Shown here: piece by piece, positions 36,249-49,833 of the stretch
Layout of the letters: each line of letters opens with the position of its first letter
How positions within the stretch are numbered: the first letter of the stretch is position 1
Assembly: GCF_964355755.1 (NCBI RefSeq)
Contig: NC_092671.1
Span: 1,488,001 to 1,552,000, forward strand
Length of the DNA: 64,000 nt
From: Antedon mediterranea
Taxonomy: Eukaryota; Animalia; Echinodermata
Direction: 5' to 3'
Notes under the pieces: generated by a model
Databases searched by the model: none
Told to the model about the DNA's origin: nothing
Seen by the model: the letters and a program-made list of their open reading frames with translations, nothing else
Program-made: the position numbers and the translations under genes

Positions 36249-38753
36249 TATATATTTAAAATTCAATATTTATACCTGAATTCAGTTTCTAATAGTATTA
36301 ACTTTTGCCATGGAGATGGTGGCCTAGAGATTATAATGCCATTATCACTAATTAGTTAAAAAGCTTATTATACTATACTGTTTTTGATGATCTGTATACA
36401 TTAATATTCTGGACAGAAATATTGCTGCATGAGCCTGTATCGCATCATTGCAAAACCTGAGTATAATTTGTGCAAAAGCATGATCTTACCAATTTATATT
36501 TCTTTCGGCAAAGCTAAAAGATAAAAATAGCTGAAGGGAAAAAAAGCTTTAATCTTAAAACAACATGAAGTAATGATTTCACTAATGTTAATTACATCGG
36601 GAAAGTAAATGTTACTGTCGTCGGCAGGCTCACTTCACTATCAATTGTCAATTGCAGCTACTTCAACCACGGCGGCGGCTAATTCATCCATTCTTCAACC
36701 TTGACTTTTATACATCTGAAGTACTCACATGATTGTTGATATTCTTTCTTAAAGAATACAATAACAAATTAAATTTATAATCTTCAATAGTTAATTATTC
36801 CATGGACAAATGTTCATTTGTCTTTGATTGTGCACCTAATTGTTGTCTTTCTGTTATTGTTGTTTCAAGTGGCTATCTTAACATTCACATATTACAAACT
36901 AATTGCAATGGTCATCTGCTTCATTTGCATCTTCAAATTGATGTAATATATTTGTCAATTTCATGACTCATTTTAGCCATTCACCTCACTTTAATTAGTG
37001 TCTATTGTCTAGCAAGAATTAATTATCTGACTTCAACTTTGTTAAATTTATTTCAAAAACATTCAGATAAGTATTAATAGGAGCAGTAGTAGCCACAACA
37101 AAAAAAGTGGTGCGGTTTTCTTTAAGAAAAGGGAACAATCTCTGTTTAAGCCACTGGGTTGTTAAAGGCCTCTTTCAAAAAGTGAAATAAACCGTACTGG
37201 TGGCTACAGCCCTGAATAGTAGTCAAAACAAGTATAAGGGTTGAGAATGTCTCAATGTCTTTTGTTGATATTCGCCATGCAAACCTTTAAACAATGATGC
37301 AGTAATAATGTAGTATTTTATTTTAAACATTTATTAAATAATAAAGTATGATACAAGCCTTTACTTCTGTAAATTTAGAAGTAAACAGTTTATTGCTACT
37401 TTGCTATTAAATTAAAAGGTATTATACCGAACATAAATTAAATTCTCTCTCTAAATCAATAATAGTTTAATACAAACCACTTTCTCTTCCCCACTTTTCT
37501 TTTCCCCCACTTTTCCTTTCCTGCTTTTTTTGCTTTTTCTTTTTCTCCTTTCCTCGCTTTTTCCTCTCCCTTATATAAAAAACCTTACATTAGATGTTTG
37601 TAAAATGAGAATCAGTTAAGTCTAAGTACAGTAATGGAAAATACTGTGACGTAGCTTGTTGTGACGTATTACGTTATTTAAAGAATCTGGAAATACTCTG
37701 GCATTAACCTTTGTCTCCCCTGACAATTGAGATAGTACACATCTTACTAAGAAGTCAACTACAAACAAGGCTTTGTTTACTAACAACAAAAATGTATTTC
37801 TTGAGAATTTCTTTCAAATTTTGCTTACTTCATTGTATTATTTATGATATTCTCTACACAAGTAAAATAAAAGAAAAGTAGCTAAAGGAAACTTTTTGTT
37901 TTAATAATTAAAAAAGTAATGGGTGTTTGTGGGTGGGGGAATGACATGTTACAGTTTGGCATAACCTACAGTAGGTTTGACAAGCTGGAAAATTCATGGA
38001 CACTACTACTGGAAAAGAAACCCATTAATAACTTAGCGTACATGCCTGATTTGTAAAAAAAAAAGTAAAATATTTAGTGCCAATAATTTGTTGCAATGGT
38101 AATTATTAATTTACTGTACCCAGCGTGTATATTTTATATCTCATGATATTAACTTAATATTTAAATAACTTTCAAATTAAATACAATTTACAATTGCCAA
38201 AAGTAATTATTATTTGCATTTTCTCTTCCCTTCTCTGTCTTTCAATCTTTCTCTTCCCATTAATTTACATGAGGATCCTATACACCAGAGGGTGACTTTT
38301 AAATAATTACCGTACCATGCATTTAACAATAGTACACATTAGTCCTCAAGGTAACCTCAATATGGTTTGACAGTTGTATTACAGAAGAAGCTTTACAAAT
38401 ATATTCATAAGCCTCTATAGTAGCAGTTCCTTCAGTAGCTTATACTACTGTATTTACTATCTACTAAATATGTTATTTATTGAAATATTTTAGCATTATA
38501 CCCTGCCTGGATATTTATTACTTCTCTTTAATTTATTGAACAATTTGCTCTTTGTAGCCTGACGTCTCCCACTCTTTCACATCTTGACTCTGTACACCTA
38601 CCTATTCATTTCAATGTATCCCTTGCTATTCACTGGTATTCTTGATTTATTAGTACATTTAGTAGAAAAGAAAAAATCTGTTTTGCACAATCAGCTCTTT
38701 GTATGCTGATGTTTCCTGCTTCGTTTCATTTATGTACCATGTTGAAATTATTC

Positions 38754-38945
38754 TACTGCAGTTACTGCAGTAACTACATTTTTTGTTACTTTTTAACCTT
38801 GTTTATGCAAGTGTTTAGCAAATTGTTTTCTGGGAATTATTATCATACACACTGTTTATTGCAGTGACTGCCTCATAAACTTCTACATTGAAACAACATT
38901 ATATTATTGCAGTAAAAATGTAAAGTTACTGCGGTAACTGCAGTA
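38754..38945. repeat. Small inverted-repeat element (MITE remnant)
   Basis: TACTGCAGTTACTGCAGTAACTACATTTTT matches the reverse complement of AAAAATGTAAAGTTACTGCGGTAACTGCAGTA. Confidence 0.6.
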
Positions 38946-39097
38946 CATATGTTTTGACATAGCCTATGATCATATCTTATGGCATGAGAAGAATGATGAT
39001 GCTAACAATCTCAATTGTCATTGACAGAAATGATGACAAGAACATTAATTAAAAATGGTGAGGATGGTAGAAATGGTGACAATGTCAATTATGGTGA

Positions 39098-39380
39098 CAC
39101 TGACAATGATGGTCACAATGACAATGATGGTCACAATGACAATGATTGTCACAATGACAATGATGGTCACAATGACAATGATGGTCACAATGACAATGAT
39201 GGTCACAATGACAATGATGGTCACAATGACAATGATGGTCACAGTGACAATGATGGTCACAGTGACAATGATGGTCACACTGACAATGATGGTCACAGTG
39301 ACAATGATGGTCACAGTGACAATGATGGTCACACTGACAATGATGGTCACACTGACAATGATGGTCACACTGACAATGTC
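39098..39380. repeat. 18-bp tandem repeat GACAATGATGGTCACA(A/G/C)T, ~15 units
   Basis: Direct reading. It generates the four repetitive ORFs at 39015-39462. Confidence 0.95.
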
Positions 39381-42000
39381 CACTACATAATGTATAAATT
39401 GCCCTAATTTTATTCAGTATGTTGCTGTAATGCTTAATCTCACTCTTAAGTTTCATGAACATTATTTAGTTCTCTAGGGCTGTCATACTAAATAAAAATA
39501 CCAAAGTAAACACTGTATGTGCAGGCGATGTCTTTAAATCTGCCCATTGCATACTTAACTATATTTAATGTAGTGATACGTTTTACCTGGGGTACTAACT
39601 GCTGAGCTAATAGTAGATGGGCTTTAGGCAAACAGCTGCACTTGAATAGAACCTCCACTGGAAGCATGTCTTCTGACAGAAATAGGTTATGCCTAATATA
39701 ATAGTGTCAGATATAAAGAATATTGAAAATGTTTACTGCATCTCTCATCTCTCTCCATGGTTCATGCATTTATTTTTCCAGTGAGGATTTAAAGGAGTTA
39801 CTATGGATTAAAACTAATAAATAATATAGCCCCAGGGTTGAGGAGGGAGAGATGTATTTCTGATACACATCTGTTCAAAAAATTCAGCCTAATATATATT
39901 TAAACAAATCAAATACATTGTGGGAGGGTGGTAGAAGTATATATTTTACCATTTGTAGACAAGTTGTATTATGACATCTGTGGTTAAGCAGTTTCTTTTA
40001 AATTTGCAGTTGACATGTTTTGACATTTTGTGGTTATGTTTACATTTGCAGGTATATATTTATACATTTGTGGTAATTTTTACATTTATGGAGAATGTTT
40101 TGGCTACATGGGGATGTATAGGGAGAGGGGCTTATTAGTACATGCATGGAGGTCCTGCATGGTACATACTCTTCATCCCAACCTCTGTAATCCGTCACTG
40201 ACTGTAACATTATTTCTAACATGTAGTAATCTCATACATACAAGTGTGAATATAAGAAATCAAAGAGCACCGTAAGAACTTAGGAGGATTTATTTTGCGT
40301 GTCTAAGTAATGATTTTGACATTTAATATTACACATAAATTATCTTATCAAGTGACTAGTATTGTAACAGATTGAACGGTCATTGCCGTGACAATAACTT
40401 ACGATGAGAGCTTTTTACATTTTCCACACATTTTACTACATCATTTCATATGACCGTCTTCACAAAACATTCAACAATGTATGCATGAATATCTATGAAT
40501 ATATTTACCTTGTGGTGGAATTCATTATACGAAAAAAATCAATAATTTGGTTTGATGTCTACCGTATATACGAAGTAGGGAATTAAATACTCACGAAAAG
40601 TTCAGAATCACTCTTCTGTGGAGTTAAATGTGCTCTCGCGTTGATGTATGACCTACCTTTGGCTGACTTTTATACGGCTTTCAAATAGTACACGACCAAT
40701 AGTAGTACGTACTTTATTATTAATGATCCTAGCATGTAGTGTTGGTTAAACATAATTAGCAGCTTAGGGAATCATTTGAATCGCTAACCTATGGGTTGAA
40801 CAAAAGGTTATTTTCTTGATGCGCCTTTAATGACCAATTTGATTTCTATTTTCGAAATTATTAATGTCCATTTAAAAAACATTTGTAATTCTTATGTTTA
40901 ATAAAAGCAGAATGCTTTTTGATGATCTATAAATATGGTATTATTTTTGTAATTTCAAGGGTTATTATAATAAATCCATTTAGATTTATTCAGTTTGAAT
41001 CATGAAAGTTTATTCTCTACTTTAATTTTTATTTATTTTTTTATTTTAATCATATTTAATGAGGGTCATCCATCCAGCAGAACAGATACAATACACAAAA
41101 TACAACAAAAACAGAAAAGTAATATTAATCATTCATATTTATCATTTCAATATTGCATAATACATACAATTCAATTTTGTTTACTGTTGATTTGAATGCC
41201 TTATTGATTGATCACTTTATTTCAGAATAAAAATTTCATAACGAACGGAAAATCCCAATAAAACAGAATTTTTTTCAGATTTAGTGTAGAAATTCGAAGA
41301 TCGTACCAGATAGTTCGTAGTACACCTAGCAAGATCATTTTCACTATTCAAAACTCTTATTCTAAAAGCATAGGCACATTTGCGGATGCTCATAAAAAGA
41401 GGGAATTCTTTTTGTGGCAAACATGTTACTAGAATCATCTAAATTGTTACATAAAATATGTCTATAGGTAAGTCACTTCTTTATGTATTTATGTACAAAG
41501 GAACTCTTGAATCAATACTGAAAAAAACCCCACTCTAAATCTGATCAGTTAAAACGACAGCATTGCAGGTGCTAATGTAAAATATCGGATCCATGCAACT
41601 TAACGCATTCAGTCGATACCGTCAAGCAATTCCACCAGACTTTATTAGAACCGTTGACCGTCAAAAATCCATTTCTAGTAGCGAGATTTAATATCGACGG
41701 CCAATCGGTGTTATGTACAAAGTGGCCTGTGGTGATGCAATCTTGAATGAAATTCACCGACTGTTAATGACTCAAAAAACAACAGAAGCCATTCCACAGA
41801 ACAAAGAGAAATAGTGCATGAATATTCATGAATAGCTCATGAATATTCATGTTAATTAACACTACATACGAAATGAGGATTGTTTAATCACTTTGGCATA
41901 ATTTAAGTTTTTATTAGATTAATTATTCATACTCAATATTTGGTCCAATCCATTTTGTGAGTTAGGAATATTCATAATAGTAAAGTAAAGTATATAGGTT

Positions 42001-42085
42001 TGTGCTACACCATGTGAATCAAAGTCACTCACAGTAGATGATGTGCTACACCATGTGAATCAAAGTCACTCACAGTAGATGATGT
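42001..42085. repeat. 41-bp tandem duplication
   Basis: tgtgctacaccatgtgaatcaaagtcactcacagtagatga x2. Confidence 0.9.
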
Positions 42086-42123
42086 CTTGAAGTTTCTGTG
42101 GTACTATTGTATAACTGGGGGAA

Positions 42124-42220
42124 CTGTGGCACAGTAGGTAAAGCATTGCACTCCAAATCTAAAAGGGGTGAGTGTGGGTTCAAGTTCTGATCCTGTCGCT
42201 GTAGAGTTGAGTCCTTGATT
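42124..42220 (+). mobile_element. Degenerate tRNA-derived SINE head
   Basis: A-box TGGCACAGTAGG, B-box GGTTCAAGTTC, then 'gttgagtccttga'. Confidence 0.45.
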
Positions 42221-43040
42221 TTTATTACTGCCTCCTAGTTGAAGTACAACAACCGCAAAGTACAGACCTCCTCAACTATTTCATCTTCTTTAGGAATTAC
42301 ATATACTTCAAACTTGTTTTTCTTTGCCATACACCCTTTGTAAAATGTTTAACTGTAAATAGTGATAATGATAAAGCTATGGTGCTGTACCAACATTTGC
42401 AGTGAGGACGCTTCCTTCTCCTTTTTCCTTTATGATTTTATTCTTCCCTTCTCACTCTCCCTTCCCAACATCCTGTATTTTCCTTTACATAGTTTAATTC
42501 ACAATCATATCCTCATGTAATGTTTAATAAATGTTACAATATAAAGTTGCTAGACTGGAGGGTTGGTTTTGAAATGGGTATTCAGTAGAACCTATTACCC
42601 TCTGCTTTTCTTGTCATTTTTTGGTTATCTTGGACATTTTACAGATCATTTTTGTGTGTGAACCGCTTAGAAACATTGTATTAGGACTAAGACTACCATT
42701 CTTATTAATATTATTATTTACTGTAGTTTCCGTTTATCTTTGAAATGACTTCTAGTTGATCATTTCTTAATCAGTTATATTATGAAGCAATAACATCTAC
42801 TCATGTCAAAATTGATGAAAATGAATAATTCAGTAAACGTAATTATCATATCAAGGTCAGAGTTTGCTTTTTCAGACTTAATCTAAATTTATAATCAACT
42901 ACTCAACTATTAATTGGAATAATATTAATTGTCTTTTATTTAGAACCTTGATTTGCTTTTCTATTGTACCTACCAGACACTATAGTTATCAATTTATTTA
43001 TTATGAAAACATTACAATCAATATTGGCTGGTTTAACAGA

Positions 43041-44498
43041 GGGCCTGTTTCTGCTGCATAGAAAATAACCGGTTAAAATCGGTGTGAATAAATTAAAATC
43101 AGTGTGAATAAATTAACTCCATTTTCTTGGCAGCAGAAACAGGACACATTTGTGGTAACCGGTTAAAAGGCAGCGCAAAATAACCGGTTAAAAACACCAA
43201 TTTAAATCGGTGTTAGAACGCCGTTTAACCGGTTATCGCTGAGCAATTCTTAGCTGCAACACGAAATAACGGTTATTTGATTGACAGTTGTGACCCCGGG
43301 TCAGATACCGTCGCATACGATGTGTGTTTTCCTCGTGGTTTTGACAGTCGAACGAAGAAGTGAACATGTATGTGGATGAATGAAATCACAAGATATGTTA
43401 TTCAGTTGTGGGGGGAGAGAAAGTACGGGGAAGGATGGCAGGGAATAGAAAAGAATCACAGATAATAAATAAGAGCATTTTTGCGAAAGTAAAAGAGGAG
43501 TTTGGGGTGGAGTTCCGGGGACTACCCAAGCTAAACAATTTGAGGCGTTAGTACACGCTCGCGAAGGGTATGGATGGTCCCCTATATAAACACCAAAACG
43601 GAAACAAAAGGAACTCAGAATGTTGCAAATACCTACCAAACGATAGTAGATAATGGTTAATTAATTATGAAAACCCAAATTTTATAGCAAAAATCATCCG
43701 AATTTATGTTATAAACGATGAATTTAGCAACAAAAACTTAATCCAAACGAGCGTATTTATGGCATGCCCTTAGTGCCTTTAATAGGAGAACAATGAACAT
43801 TCTTACTTTGATCGTTTTACATAATAATTTTTTAGAAAAACATCACATCGACCGAAAACAAAGGTAATTAGAGCCTTTGATAATATATTAAATATGATTT
43901 TATTAAGCATAGAAATGTGTTATTATTTATGTTAGTACATAAATATACGAAATAATGTTCAATACTCATTATTTTATTAAAGGCACTATATGCGTGCGAT
44001 ATTCTATGACTTGGATACTCTCGTTTGATTTAAGTTTTTGTGGCTAAACTAATCGTTTTTAACATAAATTCGGACGATTTTTGCTATAAAAGTTGGGTTT
44101 TCATAATTAATTAACAATTATCTACTCTCGTTTGGTAAGTATTGCAACATTCTGAGTCTCGTTTTTGTTTCCGTTTGGTGTTTTGTAGGACCGCGCTCGC
44201 GAAAGACAACAGTCGTTCACGTGGGAAGGGCCGTATGTCATCGCCTTTGTTGAGGATAAAAATTATCCTAGTTTAGGCGATCGGGCGCTGCACGACCCTC
44301 CCCATCATGTTATTGAAGGCGCCATGAGAATTAATTTTATTAGCGATGTAAGTAGGCTTTTGCTCGACGACCACCCATAGATTTAACCGGTTATTTCGGA
44401 GCACAAATTGAGCAGAAACGCGGTCTTGTTATTGTTATCTATTTTTAATCTATTTTAAAATAACCGGTTAAATTGCGTTATGCAGCAGAAACAGACCC
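43041..44498. mobile_element. PIF/Harbinger-like non-autonomous element, 1458 bp, 3-bp TSD AGA
   Basis: AGA|GGGCCTGTTTCTGCTGCATA ... TATGCAGCAGAAACAGACCC|AGA (20-bp TIR, 1 mismatch). Subterminal TAACCGGTTA repeats and an internal long inverted repeat. Confidence 0.8.
43576..44192. repeat. Internal inverted repeat, arms ~180-220 bp (43576-~43800 and ~43955-44192)
   Basis: 'aaacaccaaaacggaaacaaaa...actcagaatgttgcaaatacctaccaaacga...aaaacccaa...tttatagcaaaaatc.tccgaatttatgtta' is mirrored on the opposite strand. Confidence 0.85.
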
Positions 44499-46315
44499 AG
44501 AGAAGATTTGATGATAACCGATGAAAATGCTTTAATATCTATCCACTCTAATTTCATTCTTGACTTTTATAGACAATACAATAAAAATATAAAAGTAATT
44601 TGTATGAGTTAATAGTTTCTTTGTTATATTTACCATGGAAACAGCGAGGATTACATCTTTAGTGTATTGATTGCCATCGTATTTTTATATAGAATCTTCT
44701 CAGACAAAACAAAATATACATTCATAAAGTTAAAGTAGCACGCATCTCTTTTTACAATACTTTGTTATATTTGAATATTAATCAATGTGCTCAAAAGTAT
44801 ATAGAATAAAACTGGTAATTCTCCACATGCTAAATTATAGAATAATAAAATGGAGCTGGATACATCTTTTGTTGTTGTAAAGATGATAAAACTAAGAGTA
44901 TAGGCCTACTGGACAAAATTGTCTACAAAAATAAAGTAGAACGTATATTTTTTAATCATAGTTTTGTTATTAAAAATACTGAATGATAAAAGTAATTTTG
45001 ATACAATCATCAGGTTGTTGTTGTCTTTGTTCTTTATGCAAATTGTAGGATATCAATTTTATTGTACAATATGTAACAAGTAATATATTTTATTGGTCTT
45101 TCTTAACTACATATGTTTTGGTGATAGTCTTAGTAATGAGGCATTTGGTGCTAAGGGGTTATTAGTTGTGTTTTTATATTACAAAATTAGCCTCATAGTT
45201 TTAGCTTCAAATGTTTTTATTGTTTTATAGTAGTTCATATAAAATCTGTTAATTACAATAACAATATGTAGTAATTCTCAGATAATATCATGTTTTTTTT
45301 GTATCATGTCAATGTAATTTAATAGGCCAGAGTATAGTTGAAATAGTTAAAATCAATTTTTGTGGAAACTACTACTAGAGCATTTGATAAATAATACAGA
45401 ATTTGATATTATTTGTTAAATGTTTGCATGGTGAATTAATACAACAAATAAGTTTTGCGATAGTCAGAAGTCAAGTGTGTTCAACCTCGCTTTTTACAAA
45501 AAAAGCTTGTATGACTAGCCCTAATGTAAAACATCTAATTTTATTCTTGCTTTAATATAGTCCCATGGGCCTACATTTTTTAGCTATGCCAATTACTGTA
45601 AATTTGCATAATGCAATTTTAGCAAACTAATTACTGTATTCACTGTGATGATTGTAATGTATGATCACTCATCAGCTTTGTGATTACCCTAATATATTTT
45701 ATTAGATAAAATAAGTATAAATTGTGAAATAGTAAAATATTTTAGAATGATATGTTGACATGTACTGAAATTGAATGGGTAAAAGTTTTATAAATATTTA
45801 AATAACTTGTTTTGTTTTTACAGCGGCAACATTGTCAAGCTGATTTGTAGGAATGGTTCAATGTTTTCTAAAGGTTACTGAACGCTAGAAATTTTGTTTG
45901 TGATAAAGCCCTCATTTTGCTACATTTAGCGCTCAAACACATAATACAAACAATTTGTAATAATACCACACGTCGACGATGTGCTGAACTTAAGTACATT
46001 GTATTTGAGTTTTAACTTATTTACAATTCCCCAATGACTATTTGCGCAAATAAATGACTGTATATTGTTTGCAAAGAGCATTGATTATTAGAGAGCAAAT
46101 AAATGGAAATAAAGAAAGAAAGCTTCTTTTAGATAACTTAAGCAAATTAAGACATTTTAAGTGTTTTGTATACTCTACATTTAGAGCATATTTTTGCTGT
46201 TGATTATGTTACATATCTTTCTTTTTCTGGATTTTCATTCAATCTATTAATAGTTTATACATTTTCTCCCTTGAACTGAAAGCCAATTAACACTTACATT
46301 ATAAATAAAATGAGA

Positions 46316-46430
46316 AAGTTCTGTCTACACTATCAAACTATTTGACAAAAAATGTGATGTGGCCAAATAATGATATTGATATGACCAAATATAGTAGTGA
46401 TATGACATCACCATGTCCACATCACATTTT
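46316..46430 (+). mobile_element. Palindromic Harbinger-like MITE family 'AGCTCTGTCTACACTATCAAAC' (partial copy)
   Basis: TIR-like start and internal 'tgtgatgtg.ccaaata...tagtgatatgacatca' shared with the copies below. Confidence 0.75.
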
Positions 46431-47067
46431 CCTAAGAAGCAAGAGATTAATTTAATCATGGAGAAATATTAAAATTATTGATGAAGGTGAGAATATCTGG
46501 ATTATATATATTTTAGTTAAAACTACTGTCTATTCTTAAATAACACTTTTTGCAGTTATAGATAAATTAGTTGATTGACTTGCTTGGTTTGTCGTCTTCT
46601 AGATTCATCAAACCAGCTTATATTATCCACAATTTTATGTAGCGGTACATCACAAAGGTTTTAGTCAAAATTAAAGTATATAAAAAGTAACTACCAGTTC
46701 TTGTATCAGACTGTACATATTTTAAGTATGTACTGATATAAGAGATTATTGCAGTTATCGTGTTAATGCAATTTTCTGCTCATATTATGTATAGGAATAA
46801 ATACATTTTGAAATTCAAAGAAAAGATGATATCTCAGTATCTCATGGATAATATATATTGTAAAGGTGTATATTAAATATTGTATTAATAAAATTCTTTC
46901 GAAAAGCAGTGGAAAATGAAAAATTAAAAATTCATCTAAACATTTTCTATTACTGTTTAGTAGGGAGGGAAGGAGGTCTGCCAGTTATGATATAAAAATG
47001 TGCACCCCATTAATGCCCATCTCATTATCTACACCAGACATATTGTGTCTGTCGCATTCACCACTGT

Positions 47068-47445
47068 GACAGAAAAATACAACATCGATGTCTCATGTAG
47101 TTTAATATCTAAATGATTTAATGTTGAATGTTGATGACTGAAAAATACAACATCGTTGTCTCATGTAGTTTTAAGACCTGAATGGTTTAATGTTGATGAC
47201 AGAAAAATACAACATCGTTGTCTCATGTAGTTTTAAGACCTGAATGGTTTAATGTTGATGACGGAAAAATACAACATCGTTGTCTCATGTAGTTTTAAGA
47301 TCTGAATAGTTTAATGTTGATGACGGAAAAATACAACATCGTTGTCTCATGTAGTTTTAAGATCTGAATGGTTTAATGTTGATGACGGAAAAATACAACA
47401 TCGATGTCTTATGTAGTTTAAGATCTAAATGATTTAATGTTGATA
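47068..47445. repeat. 62-bp tandem repeat x6
   Basis: gac(a/g)gaaaaatacaacatcgttgtctcatgtagttttaagatctgaatggtttaatgttgat. Starts include 47198, 47260, 47322 and 47384. Confidence 0.95.
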
Positions 47446-48234
47446 ACATTATGGGACATGCTAGCTGTGTGGTGGATTAGGATTCCATTAGGGTGCGTTG
47501 TTTTACCGGTGTACCTAAGTACGTAAGTGTCTATAAAAGATCCTTACAAGTTAAAATATAATAGCAGTATCCAGGATGGACACAGCATAAATAATGAAGC
47601 TATAAATCTGACATCATCTTAATTGTCTTTCAACATCTAGTTTGTGGCAGAATTATTTATTTCTAGTACCTTGTAGTAAACTCTGCAGCTATTATTATTT
47701 ATAAGAACAAGAAGTAGTTTTCTTTTCAAATTCTTTTCTTTCTTTTTTTTGTATATTGTGTTTGATTATTTTGTAATATCACAAACTTGTGTAAAACAAT
47801 CAATGTTGATTGAATGAGTTGTACTGTGCATCAGCCTCGTAAATAAATAAAGTTTATATATAATAAGAGTTAGACTAAATATCCGACTATATCTCCTCAG
47901 TCAATGAATAAAACACAGTCATTATTTGTTTTATAACAAACCTAGTGTGCAGGAGTAAAATGTTTTAAAATCGACTGCCGCTTCAATCTAATAAAATGAT
48001 GCGGCCTTTAAAAAAAAGCTGTTTTTTAAAATTTTGTTGCAGTGCACAACACTGGTTACAGTTTTCGATCATGCTACAGATTATCCTGTATTATTCACAG
48101 AAAGAGAGTCCTGGAAATGGTTATGATTTATGAAACTTAAATAACATATAATTCAGCTACCGAATATTTATAGCTTAAGAAATGTGTACAGAATAAAAAT
48201 TAATTTTTAGACTTGAAATATCCAATAGTAGGAC

Positions 48235-48264
48235 CATAGAGATATTCACTATAATATCTCTATG
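48235..48264. mobile_element. 30-bp hairpin insertion with 7-bp TSD (minimal MITE or excision footprint)
   Basis: GTAGGAC|CATAGAGATATT-cactat-AATATCTCTATG|GTAGGAC. Confidence 0.7.
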
Positions 48265-49491
48265 GTAGGACAAAAGCTAACAAATGCAAACAGAATTTAT
48301 AAATTCCAAAATTTTAAGCGGATTATTTTTACTTGGATGAAAGTAAAATACATAATCCACTGACAACTGATAGGATTCAGTATTTAAATATAATAATTTC
48401 ATCATAAGAAATGACATGACATATTTAATGTAAATATAATGAAGTATTTCATTTGAATTTATTTTGACTATTGTTTACATATAAAGTGATAATATTAACT
48501 ACTAACATTACAAATAAATATTACCGGTACTTATTCTAGAAGGCTGCTTTTCCAGGATATGCCAAAAAGCTTAGTAGCTAATTTCCATTGGTTTTTTTTA
48601 TAATATAAAATAAATAAAGTGTATTAAAATGTACTAACTAGTTCTACTATAATAAAAGTAATAACCTATTAAAAAGATAATAAAAACTAAAAACTACTTA
48701 TTTAAAAATTGTTTGCAGATCGCATTGAAGTTTAAGTTATACCCACATTGTAAACGAGTAAAATATTCATTGGGTGAGTTTTTGGAAACATTAATCTGAA
48801 ATGCATTTGATGATTTTGATTGTTCATTATCCCAAAGCGTCTTCTATTTACATTTCTTATTGAGTTTTTACGGTTGCATGCTAAGCTAGATTATAAAGTC
48901 AAAATAATCAATCAATTTTAATTATAATTCAATGTGACTTATATTGTTATATTTCTTTAATCAGTAGTGAGTCACAATCGATTGTGATGAGATTTACGTT
49001 AGAGAAATAACCATTTAGGAATTAGATTGCAATAACTGTACTTATGTTGATGTTTTTATAATCCTCCCAAATGTATTTCACATTTAATTTTTGCATTTAT
49101 CTTGATTCTTTTGTGATATATTAATGCATTTTCTTTACAGTAACTTATTGTATATTAATTGTGGGATTCTATTACTAATACCATATATTATACAAGATCA
49201 TTTCTAGGTATTGTTTTAATATTTTATTTTGATTATTCAAAAAGTCCCCCAAAGGTTTTGGTAGTTAACGCTACTAATATTGATAATTAATATTAAACCT
49301 GCTAAAGAAAAGAATATTTCTCCTATTTTATTAATCCAGTTCGGATGCATTTTGTATACCATAAAGAATCGTTCACTTATATTATTTATTTTTGTTACTT
49401 TTACCGTAATTTATTTTAATTTTGTGTTTTTAAATGTATCATTTTACCTGATACACTAGCCTTATGACATCTAGCAATGTTTTAACAAAAC

Positions 49492-49611
49492 TGTGCCCAA
49501 ATATGGTAGGGATATGCTTAAATATGGTAGTGATATGACATCATCATCATGTCCATATATGGGCACATCACATTTTGTTGTCACATAAAGTTTGATAGTG
49601 TAGACAGAGCT
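49492..49611 (-). mobile_element. Harbinger-like MITE family copy (partial)
   Basis: Ends GTTTGATAGTGTAGACAGAGCT|TTA. Confidence 0.8.
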
Positions 49612-49833
49612 TTAAACATCCTGTAGTACCGTGTCTTCTAACAGCAATCTTCATCCCATATGTGATACTGATAAAAAAATACATTCTTGAAGTCAGATAT
49701 GAACCCAACCTCTGGGATTGGTAAGCAAGGATATCAACCACTACAATGCAACCACACTATCTGAAAATATTAACAAAAGAAACATTTGTAGTTCAAAGGC
49801 GTTTTTGCCTGCATTCATATTTTCCTTAACAGC

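Noticed and set aside
39015-39462. His/Asp-rich (HNDNDG) and Cys/His-rich (CDHHCH) ORFs resembling metal-binding or biomineral proteins
   Set aside because: An 18-bp minisatellite open in several frames on both strands, with no signal peptide or convincing splice context.
43301-43639. 112-aa ORF inside the Harbinger-like element as a transposase remnant
   Set aside because: No DDE or Myb/SANT-like motifs, and it overlaps the internal inverted-repeat arm.
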